Positions 18,984 through 28,909 of a stretch of 32,000 nucleotides of DNA are shown here, piece by piece; position 1 is the first letter of the stretch, and every line of letters starts with the position of its first letter. Source of the DNA: Dysgonomonas capnocytophagoides DSM 22835 (lineage in GTDB: Bacteria; Bacteroidota; Bacteroidia; Bacteroidales; Dysgonomonadaceae); NCBI RefSeq assembly GCF_000426485.1, contig NZ_KE384530.1:136829-168828 (forward strand), written 5' to 3'. Below the pieces are notes generated by a model. The model was not told the DNA's origin. It saw only the letters and a program-made list of their open reading frames with translations, and did no database searches. A program made the translations under genes and the position numbers.

Positions 18984-19562
18984 ATGAAAAAGTATTTAAT
19001 TTTAGCAGTATTAGCTATAAGTACCATTGCCGGTACAGCACAAACTAAGACATGGACAAATGATCCTGCACACTCTCGATTAGGTTTTGTGGTAAAACAC
19101 CTTACAGTATCGGAAATTGACGGACGTTTTGCAGATTTTTCAGTAAAAGTGACCACATCAAAAGCTGATTATTCGGATGCCCAGATAGATCTGACAGCGA
19201 AAGTAGCCAGCATCAATACAGATGTAGAAGCAAGGGATACCCACTTAAAATCAGCTGATTTCTTTGATGCCGAAAAATTTCCGACTTTAACATTCAAGAG
19301 TACTTCTTTGAAGAAAGTAAGCAAAACCAAAGGTAAACTCTATGGAAATCTGACATTCCACGGTATTACTAAACCGGTAATTTTGGATGTAACTTATTTC
19401 GGTACAGTGGTGAATGCAATGAATAATGCCGAAACAGCAGGGTTCCAGATAAAAGGTGTTGTAAAAAGATCAGATTTCGACCTTGGTCCTAAGTTCCCCG
19501 AAGCTATGCTAAGCGATAATGTTCAGATTGTAGCAAATGTTGAATTTAGCCCCAATAAATAA
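18984..19562 (+). CDS. YceI family periplasmic protein
   Basis: 192 aa, signal peptide, WTNDPAHSRLGFVVKHLTVSEIDGRFADF, LTFKSTSLKKV..GNLTFHGITKPV. Confidence 0.93.
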   Translation: MKKYLILAVLAISTIAGTAQTKTWTNDPAHSRLGFVVKHLTVSEIDGRFADFSVKVTTSKADYSDAQIDLTAKVASINTDVEARDTHLKSADFFDAEKFPTLTFKSTSLKKVSKTKGKLYGNLTFHGITKPVILDVTYFGTVVNAMNNAETAGFQIKGVVKRSDFDLGPKFPEAMLSDNVQIVANVEFSPNK

Positions 19563-19599
19563 ATATTCTTAATAAACAGATTATAGTACATTCTTGACA

Positions 19600-20118
19600 A
19601 TGAAAACAATAATAATTTTAGCTCACCCCAATATTGAGCAGTCTCATATTAATAAATCATGGATTGAAGCTTTAGCGAAAAACAATCCCGAAGTACATGT
19701 TCACAATATTTATAAAGCATACCCCGACTGGAATATAGATGTTGCTTCTGAGCAGGCTTTATTGCTCGGATATGACAGGGTTATCTTTCAATATCCTTTC
19801 CAGTGGTATAATATGCCGCCATTATTGAAAAAATGGTTAGACGATGTTTTCTTACAAGGATGGGCCTACGGAAATGGAGGCGAAAATCTTCAGGGTAAAG
19901 AATTCGGAGTTGTAATATCTACAGCCGGTATAGACGAAGTATACACAGGTTCTGTGTTTGGAAACATCTCCGATCTATTGAAACCGATGGAATCTACCGC
20001 CAAATTCGTAGGGGCAAAATATATATCACATCATGTTTTTCATGGAGCATATACTCCAGATGTGAATGACAGATTGCCAAAGAATATTGAAGAGTATCTG
20101 AAATTTATAGCTAAGTAA
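19600..20118 (+). CDS. NAD(P)H-dependent oxidoreductase, flavodoxin-like fold (KefF/MdaB/YheR type)
   Basis: KTIIILAHPNIEQSHINKSWIEAL, FQYPFQWYNMPPLLKKWLDDVFLQGWAYG. Confidence 0.9.
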   Translation: MKTIIILAHPNIEQSHINKSWIEALAKNNPEVHVHNIYKAYPDWNIDVASEQALLLGYDRVIFQYPFQWYNMPPLLKKWLDDVFLQGWAYGNGGENLQGKEFGVVISTAGIDEVYTGSVFGNISDLLKPMESTAKFVGAKYISHHVFHGAYTPDVNDRLPKNIEEYLKFIAK

Positions 20119-20135
20119 TATACTTTAACAGAGAG

Positions 20136-20160
20136 AGCCGTGAGGAATTCCCTCACGGTT
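20136..20160 (+). terminator. Stem-loop after the oxidoreductase gene
   Basis: CCGTGAGG (20138-20145) AATTC CCTCACGG (20151-20158), then T-rich sequence. Confidence 0.6.
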
Positions 20161-20197
20161 ATTCTTATTAATAAAATGTAAGAATAGGAGGTTGAGC

Positions 20198-20650
20198 ATG
20201 ACTAATAATGTAATATCGCTTTTCATTGATTCGCAGCAGACAATACTGGCAGAGCCCGATCACAGCTTATCATTGATATTGCCTGTCGGGTATGATATTA
20301 CTTCTGATAAGTACTTTAAACAAACACCTCCTGATGAGGCTCAGATAGAGGCAGCTATAATCGAAGTGGAAGATATGATTATGACTTTGGTTGCTCAGGT
20401 AAAAGCAAAGAACTATCGGTTGGAAACTTCCGACCCTAAGATACGGGAGATTGCAGGATATGTAAATATCAAAGAAAATGTACTTAGCCTGTCCGAAATG
20501 GAATCAGTCTTTTCCCGCTTTGCTGCTATTGTAATGGGAATGCCCTCATCAATGGATGTATTACCTCAGACAAAAGAGTTCGCTGCAACTTTATTAATCC
20601 TTAGGGAAATAATGCATCACTTGGGTTTCGAGAACATTTTTATAGTATAA
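20198..20650 (+). CDS. Uncharacterised small soluble protein
   Basis: About 150 aa ORF, no family recognised by eye; start placed at ATG 20198 with AGGAGG at 20186-20191. Confidence 0.7.
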   Translation: MTNNVISLFIDSQQTILAEPDHSLSLILPVGYDITSDKYFKQTPPDEAQIEAAIIEVEDMIMTLVAQVKAKNYRLETSDPKIREIAGYVNIKENVLSLSEMESVFSRFAAIVMGMPSSMDVLPQTKEFAATLLILREIMHHLGFENIFIV

Positions 20651-20748
20651 AGTTGTTATATATAGATGTCTTATTATTCGTCTACTGTTGAACAATACTA
20701 AAAAAATAAAAAATCCAATTTGTGTTTTATACATACAATTACAGCATA

Positions 20749-20797
20749 AGAGTAAGGTCGCAGTTGCTTTATTCTGCTAACTGCAGAGCTTTACTCT
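20749..20797. repeat. Imperfect inverted repeat upstream of the aldehyde dehydrogenase gene
   Basis: AGAGTAAGGTCGCAGTT (20749-20765) versus AACTGCAGAGCTTTACTCT (20779-20797). Confidence 0.8.
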
Positions 20798-20837
20798 CAT
20801 TTTAGGAAAATTATTCACGAACTAAAAATGTAAGATT

Positions 20838-22223
20838 ATGTCAAGTATTAAAACCGTAAATCCTGCAACAAATCAGGTTGAAAAAGAGTATCCGGTTATG
20901 ACTGACCAACAAATTGATTTGATCTTGTCTGATGCTGATAAAGCATTTCAAAGCTGGAAAAAAACTTCATTTGCCGAAAGGGCAAAACTTTTACATAAAG
21001 TTGCTTCTATTCTGAGAGAGCGTAAAGAGGAACTGGGAAAACTTTGCTCTATCGAAATGGGGAAACTACATCGCGAAGGTATTGGTGAAGTGGAATTATC
21101 TGCAAATATTTTTGATTATTATGCCGATAATGGAGAAAAATTTTTGGCTGATGCGCCACTGGATACTCCGCAAGGTAAGGCTTTTTTAAGCTATGAACCG
21201 ATTGGGGTACTTCTAAGCGTGCAACCATGGAACTTCCCCTTTTATCAGATAACACGTTCTGCTGCTCCAAATATTATGGCAGGTAATACAGTTGTGTTGA
21301 AACATGCGTCTAATGTTCCTCAGGCTGCAGAAATCATGGAAAAGATATTTGCAGAAGCAGGAGCACCCAAAGGAGTATATACAAATTTATTTGTTCCCGG
21401 TGCTAAAGTATCAGAGTTAGTGGCTGATCCCAGAGTGAAAGGAGCTTCGCTGACAGGTAGTGAGCCTGCCGGATCTAGCTTTGCATCTATGGCCGGAAAA
21501 TATCTGAAAAAATCAACTTTGGAACTCGGGGGAAGTGATGCCTTTGTAGTTCTCGAAGATGCTGATCTTGACAAGGCAGTCGAAACTGCTGCTTTCGGTC
21601 GTTTGTGGAATGCCGGTCAGGTTTGTGTTTCCCCGAAACGTATTATTGTGATGGCTTCTGTAGCTGATAAATTTATCGAAAAGGCAAAAGCTATTTATGA
21701 TAAAGTAGTAGTAGGAGATCCCCTTGATCCGAAAACTCAATTGGCTCCATTGAGCAGCGAAAAGGCTGTTCAGGATGTAATCAAACAGGTTGAAACAACT
21801 GTTCAGCAGGGAGCTAAGCTTGTGAGAGGAGGAAAGCGGATCGATCGTCCGGGTGCTTATATGGAACCAACTATCCTGACTGATATCAAGAAAGGTATGC
21901 TGGCTTATTCCGATGAGATATTCGGTCCTGTACTGGCTATCTATGCAGCAAAGAATGTAGATGAAGCAGTGGAATTGGCTAATGATACAAACTTCGGGTT
22001 GGGCGGTACTGTGTTTGGCACAGATACAGATAAAGCAGTGGAAGTTGCCCGTCGTATAGATACCGGTATGGTGTATATAAATCATGTGACCGGTATTGCT
22101 CCCGAATTGCCTTTCGGGGGAACAAAAAGATCAGGGTATGGACGTGAACAGTCTCCTGCCGGCATTTACGAATTTGTAAATGCAAAATTGATACGGGTTA
22201 CGACTCCCGATGCTGCATATTGA
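20838..22223 (+). CDS. NAD(P)-dependent aldehyde dehydrogenase, succinate-semialdehyde dehydrogenase-like
   Basis: 461 aa; PWNFPFYQITRSAAPNIMAGN, STLELGGSDAFVVLEDAD, GQVCVSPKR catalytic Cys region. Confidence 0.93.
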   Translation: MSSIKTVNPATNQVEKEYPVMTDQQIDLILSDADKAFQSWKKTSFAERAKLLHKVASILRERKEELGKLCSIEMGKLHREGIGEVELSANIFDYYADNGEKFLADAPLDTPQGKAFLSYEPIGVLLSVQPWNFPFYQITRSAAPNIMAGNTVVLKHASNVPQAAEIMEKIFAEAGAPKGVYTNLFVPGAKVSELVADPRVKGASLTGSEPAGSSFASMAGKYLKKSTLELGGSDAFVVLEDADLDKAVETAAFGRLWNAGQVCVSPKRIIVMASVADKFIEKAKAIYDKVVVGDPLDPKTQLAPLSSEKAVQDVIKQVETTVQQGAKLVRGGKRIDRPGAYMEPTILTDIKKGMLAYSDEIFGPVLAIYAAKNVDEAVELANDTNFGLGGTVFGTDTDKAVEVARRIDTGMVYINHVTGIAPELPFGGTKRSGYGREQSPAGIYEFVNAKLIRVTTPDAAY

Positions 22224-22283
22224 GATTAATAATTGATTCGAGTTATCCGGATTATACCGGAATTTTATACATGGAGGTGAGTG

Positions 22284-22643
22284 ATGAAACGTAACATTGA
22301 AATGACAGAATGTCCGGTACGAACTATTCTTGATAACATTTGCGGAAAGTGGGCTATTCTTATATTGGATGCTCTGGGTAATAATGGTACAATGCGGTTT
22401 AACCAAATCAGTAAATCTCTTGGTGATATTTCTCAAAAGATGTTGACCGTGACTTTACGCTCACTGGAGACTGATGGCATTATTTCCCGAAAGATGTATC
22501 CTGAAATACCTCCCAGAGTTGAATATGAACTGACTTGTTTAGGGCACGATTTATTGCCTAATGTCCGTATTATGATCAATTGGGCGGAAAGCAATAAATA
22601 TCAGATATTAGATAGCCGTCAGAAATGCAGGCAGGTTAGTTAA
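22284..22643 (+). CDS. HxlR family winged helix-turn-helix transcriptional regulator
   Basis: MTECPVRTILDNICGKWAILILDAL...RFNQISKSLGDISQKMLTVTLRSLETDGIISRKMYPEIPPRVEYELT; preceded by GGAGG at 22273-22277. Confidence 0.93.
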   Translation: MKRNIEMTECPVRTILDNICGKWAILILDALGNNGTMRFNQISKSLGDISQKMLTVTLRSLETDGIISRKMYPEIPPRVEYELTCLGHDLLPNVRIMINWAESNKYQILDSRQKCRQVS

Positions 22644-22671
22644 TAATAAGATATCTGCTGGATACACAATA

Positions 22672-22711
22672 GAAAAAGAGAGGAGCTGGATTTATGGGCT
22701 TCTCTCTTTTT
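22672..22711. terminator. Bidirectional intrinsic terminator between convergent HxlR and GH78 genes
   Basis: AAAAAGAGAGGAGC...GGCTTCTCTCTTTTTT stem with A run on one side and T run on the other. Confidence 0.8.
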
Positions 22712-22775
22712 TATTAGTAATGAGAATCAATAGTTGCAAATCGGCCAATTTCATTGATTCGGCTACTGATTAATA

Positions 22776-25481
22776 TCAATCATCGATGTTACATTCAAAC
22801 GTGTGATTTCCTGATCCGACCTTATGAATTTTCTTATTCGGAAGTATAATCGTTGCACCGGTGTTGACCGGAATCTCTGCTTTTAATATAAACTTGTTAT
22901 TCTCTCTGGTCCAATCTACTTTTATATCTCCGTACAGATTACGGTGATGAGCTTTTACCCAGGTGAGGTCTCCTACCGGTGTCGGCTCTATTATAACATC
23001 TTTAAAGCCGAAAGCTGCAGGCTTTATTCCGGCCAGAGTTCCGAAAAACCATTCGTCTATCTGACCCATCATAAAGTGATTCCATGAAGCTCCCTTACGT
23101 GGATCCCATTGCTCGGTGAGTGTAGTTGCTCCGAACTTTAATTGAAAACCGTATCCCGGAGCATCCTCGTGGTTATGCATCAGATACATCAATTCGTTCT
23201 CGCCGTTCAGGGCTAGTGCCTGAAACAGATAACGGTTTCCAACATCTCCTGTTGTCAAACGGTTTCCGTATTTCGCGATATCGGATTTCAGATTGTTTAA
23301 GACGTCTTGTTTATATTTCGGGTCAACCAGATTCATGTAAATGGCAATCGCGTTGCAAAACTGGCTTCCCGATCCGTATTGACGGCTGTCCGGATGGAAA
23401 AATCTTTCATTGAACGCCGATTTTATATCATCCGCTAATTTAGAATAGCTTTTCTCATCTTGCGATTTGTTCAGCATCTTGGCAGCTTCTGCAACCAGAT
23501 GTGCCGCATAGTAATAATGTGCAGTAGCCGATACTTCTACAGGACTATTTTTTGAGAAACCTGCGCGATGCTCACCATAGTCGTACCAGTCACCCAGTCC
23601 ATGAGAGACAATGTGGTCTGTTGCCCGTGATGTCATGTGGTTTACATACCCCTTCATTGTATTATAATATTCCCTGATCAGGGTATCGTCTCCGTAAAAT
23701 TTGTAATGCAGCCACGGGATCATGATTGATGCTATCCCCCATTCCGGAGAATCGTGGAAAACGTCAAGACTTTCATCAAATACGACGTATTCAGGCACGA
23801 TTGTAGGAACAAACCCATTCTCGTTTTGCCTGTCTGCGATATCCCGCATTATTTTAGGGTAGAATTGGGTCAGATCCCAGTTGTAGAGCAGGCAAGGCCC
23901 CATCAGGTGGGTTTCCTCCAGCCATCCGAGTTTCTCCCGATGCGGGCAATCCATAAACACTGATTGCATATTGCTCTTAACGGCATTCTTTATTAAGATA
24001 TGGGCTTTGTTGAATATCTCATTCGAGCACTCAAAACTACCGACTTCGTCTGTAGAATTATAGATAAAATCCGATTGTATACCTATTACAGACGGTTTAT
24101 CGTCAGACATATTCAATATCTCGGCTCCATCGATCTGAATGTACCTGAAACCATAGAATGAAAATTGAGGATGCCATTCTTCAATCCCTTCTCCTTTCAA
24201 TGTATAAGTGTAAAAATGAGGGCTGCCCGATTGTTTCTGTGACACCTTTCCGGTTTGCTCGTTCAGTTGTTCCCCCACGGTAAGTTTTACCGATTGACCT
24301 TTTTTCCCTATAACCTTTATCGCTGGAAATCCGGCGAGATTCTGTCCCATATCCAAAACGTAACTGCTGTCTATCTTCGATACTTTCTGAGCCGAAAAAT
24401 GTTCACGTATACGTACACCAGTCAATTCTTGCGGGCGAAGAATGCCTTTTGGAGCGCCTTGTTCTACAACCTGTTTCCATTTTGAAGAATCAAATCCGGG
24501 CAAATTCCATCCTTCCTGCTCGCAACGGGCATCGTAGTCTTCCCCTCCGTAAATATCGTTATATACGGTAGGGCTTATATCGTATTTCCAGGTCGTGTCC
24601 GAATTAATAATATCCGAAGTTCCGTCTGTGTAATCAATTTGCATTTCGGTGAATAGGGTAGGCGGGCCGAAAGTTACCCACAGTTTACGGTAACGGTTTC
24701 CCATTGCGTTATAAAATCCGTTTCCCAGAACGACACCTATAGAGTTTAGTCCGTTTTGTAATAATGAGTCGACTTTGTAAGTATTGTAATAAACGGTTTT
24801 ATCATAGTCGCTCCATACCGGAGTAAATATGTCTTTACTGACTTCTTGTCCATTTATTGACAGGTTGTAATGTCCTAATCCCGATATATGTATGATGGCT
24901 CTTTTGATTTGTTTTTCTATTCTGAATTCTTTCCTGAGCATGATGCTGCGTAGAGCCAAAGTGTCGACCTTATCGTAAATCTGTTTGTATTCTTTGTTCT
25001 TGAAGGGAGGTCCGTGAAAATCCCTTCGTCCAATCGGTAAGTTAGACTGTTCCCGGGGTATTGCTCCAATCCATTTTGATCGGCTGGCAGAAAAGTTGGG
25101 TGCTATCTCGAAAAAGGATGTTTTACTTTCTGAAGCGTTCCCTTTAGAGTCCCAAATTTTGACATTCCATGTATATGTCTGATCCGATTTTAATGTCTTT
25201 CCTCTGTAAATAACCATCTGGCTTCTTCCTGATTTTACCTTTCCCGAATTCCATATTTCACCCGATTCGGATCTTACGATAATTTGATAAGCAGTCTGAT
25301 AATCTCCCTGATTTGCTGATATTAATTTCCACCCGAAGCGAGGAGATTGTACGTTGACGGCCAACGGAGTTCTCATCATTTCACATGTGAGGTCGTATAC
25401 TTCCACTGAAAACGAATGGAGAGCAAATTGAAGTAAAATAAATAGTAAGGTCAACGACCTTTTTATCGAGTTTGTATACAT
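22776..25481 (-). CDS. Alpha-L-rhamnosidase, GH78 family
   Basis: 901 aa, signal peptide; VQSPRFGWKL, YDKTVYYNTYKVDSLLQNGLNSIGVVLGNGFYN, MDCPHREKLGWLEETHL, QWDPRKGASWNHFMMGQIDEWFFGTLAGI. Confidence 0.93.
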   Translation of the reverse strand: MYTNSIKRSLTLLFILLQFALHSFSVEVYDLTCEMMRTPLAVNVQSPRFGWKLISANQGDYQTAYQIIVRSESGEIWNSGKVKSGRSQMVIYRGKTLKSDQTYTWNVKIWDSKGNASESKTSFFEIAPNFSASRSKWIGAIPREQSNLPIGRRDFHGPPFKNKEYKQIYDKVDTLALRSIMLRKEFRIEKQIKRAIIHISGLGHYNLSINGQEVSKDIFTPVWSDYDKTVYYNTYKVDSLLQNGLNSIGVVLGNGFYNAMGNRYRKLWVTFGPPTLFTEMQIDYTDGTSDIINSDTTWKYDISPTVYNDIYGGEDYDARCEQEGWNLPGFDSSKWKQVVEQGAPKGILRPQELTGVRIREHFSAQKVSKIDSSYVLDMGQNLAGFPAIKVIGKKGQSVKLTVGEQLNEQTGKVSQKQSGSPHFYTYTLKGEGIEEWHPQFSFYGFRYIQIDGAEILNMSDDKPSVIGIQSDFIYNSTDEVGSFECSNEIFNKAHILIKNAVKSNMQSVFMDCPHREKLGWLEETHLMGPCLLYNWDLTQFYPKIMRDIADRQNENGFVPTIVPEYVVFDESLDVFHDSPEWGIASIMIPWLHYKFYGDDTLIREYYNTMKGYVNHMTSRATDHIVSHGLGDWYDYGEHRAGFSKNSPVEVSATAHYYYAAHLVAEAAKMLNKSQDEKSYSKLADDIKSAFNERFFHPDSRQYGSGSQFCNAIAIYMNLVDPKYKQDVLNNLKSDIAKYGNRLTTGDVGNRYLFQALALNGENELMYLMHNHEDAPGYGFQLKFGATTLTEQWDPRKGASWNHFMMGQIDEWFFGTLAGIKPAAFGFKDVIIEPTPVGDLTWVKAHHRNLYGDIKVDWTRENNKFILKAEIPVNTGATIILPNKKIHKVGSGNHTFECNIDD

Positions 25482-25531
25482 AAAATAGCAAAGTTGATTA
25501 TTGTTTTAAGTAACAGTAAGTATTTAATGTC

Positions 25532-28500
25532 TTATTTCCTGTATTCTGTTATTGTTACATTACCTACTAACCCGCTTTTTACCAATTTCTTTTCGGGTAA
25601 ACGATAACGGGCATTTGTCCAGATTTTTTTCTTCTCATCTTTTTCTATACCGAAATCTTCATCTCCCATTATACGGTTTGCCCAAGTATTTGCAACAGTT
25701 ATTTCGATATGATTTGTTCCTTCTTTCAGAGCCTTAGTTATGTCTAGTGAATAAGGCTTAGTCCATATTATTCCGCAAGATATTCCATTTACTTTAACTT
25801 CAGCTAAGTCGTATACAGCACCAAAATTTATGGTGTATTTACTGTCTTTCTGTAGCGATACCGTAAACGTATTTTTATATACAGCCTCGCCTGAATAATA
25901 CTTGATGCTATCATTCGTGTTTTCAGACCAATCGGTGAGAGTCTTAAATTCAACCGCATTCTTTATACCCCTTTTAGTAGTATCGAATTGTACCGACCAA
26001 GGAGAATTAACTAAGATACTTTCTGTTTTGCGATATGCCACTGATTTATTCTCTGTTTTATCGGTCGGTGTTTGAAGGACTACGAAAACAGATTCGTTTT
26101 CATCCAAATCCAGATTAAAGACAGTTCTATTGTCTTTAATCTCCCAACTAACATCTGAGTTAATTTCGGCTGTTACAGGATTCCAAAGTTCGATGTTGCG
26201 TCCATATTCTCGTAGCGATATAGATACATTTCTCTTTTCCGCTTTCTGGTTCGATATAAAATATATATCGGCATTACTTCCTTTTCGATGAGTGAAGGCA
26301 ATGTCTTTAGCATACTGATTGTTTTCGATAGCAATAAAGTCTCGAGCCACTCCCAGATTATCAAGCGTTTCATTGGTATAAGGCAATGCTATGGTTTTGT
26401 TTTTAACAAAGTTGTCCCAAACTAAATTTGTTACATTATTATTTATTCCTGTTGTTTTATCGGGCAATTCGTTTATCATGACCTTACATCCTGATTTTAC
26501 CAACTCAGCAATTTTATTTGCAACCTCTTGAGACATATAATCGGCATCGGGTTGCATAGGATGTTTTCCGGGGATCACTAATACATCGTATTTTAGTCCA
26601 TCGGGAAGAACTATTTTTCCTTCTTTAGCTGTTGCCAAACGAATCAGAGCATCTGCATTGAAACTGTCGTAATGATAACCTCTCAACGCATTTACCCATT
26701 GCGATGCGTCTGTAATGTTAGAAGAATGATTTACACCTACGGGCATCTGATGCGAGGGAGTACCTACATTTGCCAATCTGATTTTTTCGGCTTCCACTTT
26801 TTCTTCACCGAATAATCCTGGCAGAAATGGTACTAGTCTATCAGGAAGAATGGCTCTTCGAGGCAGCTCTTCTCCAGTAAATACAGCTATATTTACCACC
26901 GGTTTTCCATATTGAAGCAGGGCATGGCAACGAGTGGCATAGTCGACCCATGCACGTCCCAGATTCCACCATGTCTGATCTCGTTGAAAATAAAAACCGA
27001 TACCATCTAGTGTCATTCCCGGTTTTCTGTCCAACCATGGATTATGTACATATACATGATAGCTTAGTTTGTTGATCCCCAAAGCATATTCCCGATCTTG
27101 TAGGCTTTTCACCATGGCAGGAGTTTCATTCCACATGGTTCGAAGTTGAGTAAATGATTCTGCCTGAATAATATTTTTACCATAGATATGAGCGCCTGAT
27201 ACAGCGTCTAATACATCATTGGGTTTATCGTGAGTGGGACTTTGCAGCCAAAACTCGTTCATGGGTATATCTACATGCTGATAATGCAGCATACCATCGC
27301 TGAGCATGGTTGGCGAAACATTTTCGGCACTGAATTGAATACCTCTTTCATTAACCATTATTTTCAGTTCCTTATAGAATTTATCGACAACAAGTTCTGA
27401 TATGGTTTGGCGGACATCATGCAGTAGTCTTTCCGAAAAGTCAGCACTATTGATCGGTATTCCAGCCATCACGGGTAGATAAGTTACCAGATCATAGCCC
27501 CGTCTTTTCTTAAATTCTTCCTGAAATACAGGTGACCAATTCTGACTTCCGCACTCCCAACTGTCAACATGAAATACTTTAACTACACGCGATGCTAGAT
27601 CTTTTCCGGCAACATCCAATGCTTTGCCGAACCATGAACTGAATTGTAACCGTATTGCTTCGGGATTGAATTTATCGCTTTCCAATCCGGAACCTTTGCC
27701 ACCTGTAGCATTGGTATGCCCTGTAGAAGTATGCCCCATACGAAGTATAGTCCAATTGCCTTTGGGTGCTTTCCAATTCAGCTTTCCGTTGTTATCTGCA
27801 AATTGTGTTATGTCTATCAAGTATTTTTGGTTAATAGAAAGAGAATTAGGTATTTGATTATCGGTTGTACGAGCACTTACCCTCCATACCGATCCGTTTT
27901 TACCTTCAAATTGATTGATCCGTGCATCCGAAGACAACCGTATACCTTTTATCTTTAAAGATTGTTTCCATTTGGCAGCATCCAAGTCTTCGGATCCCGG
28001 TTCAGATCCTTCCTTGTCGTAAACGAAACGAAAATATCGGGCAGTAGTTTCAGGTACGCTGTGAGTCATTGCAAAATCTTGATTCTGCCACCCTTGTCGT
28101 GGAGGTGTGAGTTGAATGATCTTTCTAAAATGAATACCGTCATCGCTCGATTCAATCGTTAAGCGTTGTGACTGAAAGTTATTTCCCGATGCTATTACCT
28201 GTATAGTTCGGCAGGTAAAAGGGTTCTCGAATGTATACTGAATCCAACAAGAAGACTCGCTTCTGAAGTTTTCTTCATTCTTTTCGATTGCCAAAAATTG
28301 AGCATCAGTATTTGGAATACTTGTCGATACCTTTGGCTTTATATCATACGATGATACATTTTCTCCCTTCGGAGTAGGATAGGCAAAAATAGCAATGTCT
28401 TTATAATATCCTTTATAGCTTTCGGGTTGAGGGAGGGTAATGTCTATTTGTTTTCCTCCGCTTACCTGAGTGCTTTTCCATACTACTTTTTGCATCGATA

Positions 28501-28897
28501 GTTCAGGAGTTATCCAAGGACCTCCGGCTAATGCAAATCCGTCGCAAATATGAAATCCTATTTCAAGACCCAATCTATTGGCTTCGGTAAAGGCATGTTT
28601 AACCATCTCCCACCAAAGTGGACTTAGTTGCTCCACACTCGGAGTGAGCCAAGGTTTTTCGGGTACTCCTTTTATCGGCATCAGATAAGCACCGGCAATA
28701 CCGTTTTGCTTCATGGCTTCGAGGTCGGCGGTAATTCCTTCTTTCGATACTGCTCCCTGCATCCAGTACCAGAATACCCATGGCTTAGCATCTTTTGGAG
28801 GAGCAGACCATAGCTGTTTAATATCGCCAGCCATACTATTGAATATAATTGATAGTAATAAGCTGAAGAGTATAATATGTCTTTTTACAAAAATCAT
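25532..28897 (-). CDS. GH106-like glycoside hydrolase (alpha-L-rhamnosidase family)
   Basis: 1121 aa, signal peptide; PPKDAKPWVFWYWMQGAVSKEGITADLEAMKQNGIAGAYL, HVDSWECGSQNW, C-terminal galactose-binding-like domain ...INFGAVYDLAEVKVNGISCGIIWTKPYSLDI. Confidence 0.85.
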   Translation of the reverse strand: MIFVKRHIILFSLLLSIIFNSMAGDIKQLWSAPPKDAKPWVFWYWMQGAVSKEGITADLEAMKQNGIAGAYLMPIKGVPEKPWLTPSVEQLSPLWWEMVKHAFTEANRLGLEIGFHICDGFALAGGPWITPELSMQKVVWKSTQVSGGKQIDITLPQPESYKGYYKDIAIFAYPTPKGENVSSYDIKPKVSTSIPNTDAQFLAIEKNEENFRSESSCWIQYTFENPFTCRTIQVIASGNNFQSQRLTIESSDDGIHFRKIIQLTPPRQGWQNQDFAMTHSVPETTARYFRFVYDKEGSEPGSEDLDAAKWKQSLKIKGIRLSSDARINQFEGKNGSVWRVSARTTDNQIPNSLSINQKYLIDITQFADNNGKLNWKAPKGNWTILRMGHTSTGHTNATGGKGSGLESDKFNPEAIRLQFSSWFGKALDVAGKDLASRVVKVFHVDSWECGSQNWSPVFQEEFKKRRGYDLVTYLPVMAGIPINSADFSERLLHDVRQTISELVVDKFYKELKIMVNERGIQFSAENVSPTMLSDGMLHYQHVDIPMNEFWLQSPTHDKPNDVLDAVSGAHIYGKNIIQAESFTQLRTMWNETPAMVKSLQDREYALGINKLSYHVYVHNPWLDRKPGMTLDGIGFYFQRDQTWWNLGRAWVDYATRCHALLQYGKPVVNIAVFTGEELPRRAILPDRLVPFLPGLFGEEKVEAEKIRLANVGTPSHQMPVGVNHSSNITDASQWVNALRGYHYDSFNADALIRLATAKEGKIVLPDGLKYDVLVIPGKHPMQPDADYMSQEVANKIAELVKSGCKVMINELPDKTTGINNNVTNLVWDNFVKNKTIALPYTNETLDNLGVARDFIAIENNQYAKDIAFTHRKGSNADIYFISNQKAEKRNVSISLREYGRNIELWNPVTAEINSDVSWEIKDNRTVFNLDLDENESVFVVLQTPTDKTENKSVAYRKTESILVNSPWSVQFDTTKRGIKNAVEFKTLTDWSENTNDSIKYYSGEAVYKNTFTVSLQKDSKYTINFGAVYDLAEVKVNGISCGIIWTKPYSLDITKALKEGTNHIEITVANTWANRIMGDEDFGIEKDEKKKIWTNARYRLPEKKLVKSGLVGNVTITEYRK

Positions 28898-28909
28898 AAT
28901 TGATAAAAC

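Noticed and set aside
22246-22261. TCCGG-ATTATA-CCGGA dyad between aldehyde dehydrogenase and HxlR genes as a terminator
   Set aside because: Only a 5-bp stem with a poor T run; could be an operator but evidence is insufficient.
21513-22436. Minus-strand ORFs of 190, 68 and 101 aa over the aldehyde dehydrogenase and HxlR genes
   Set aside because: Cys/Ser/Ile-rich antisense translations of well-supported CDSs.
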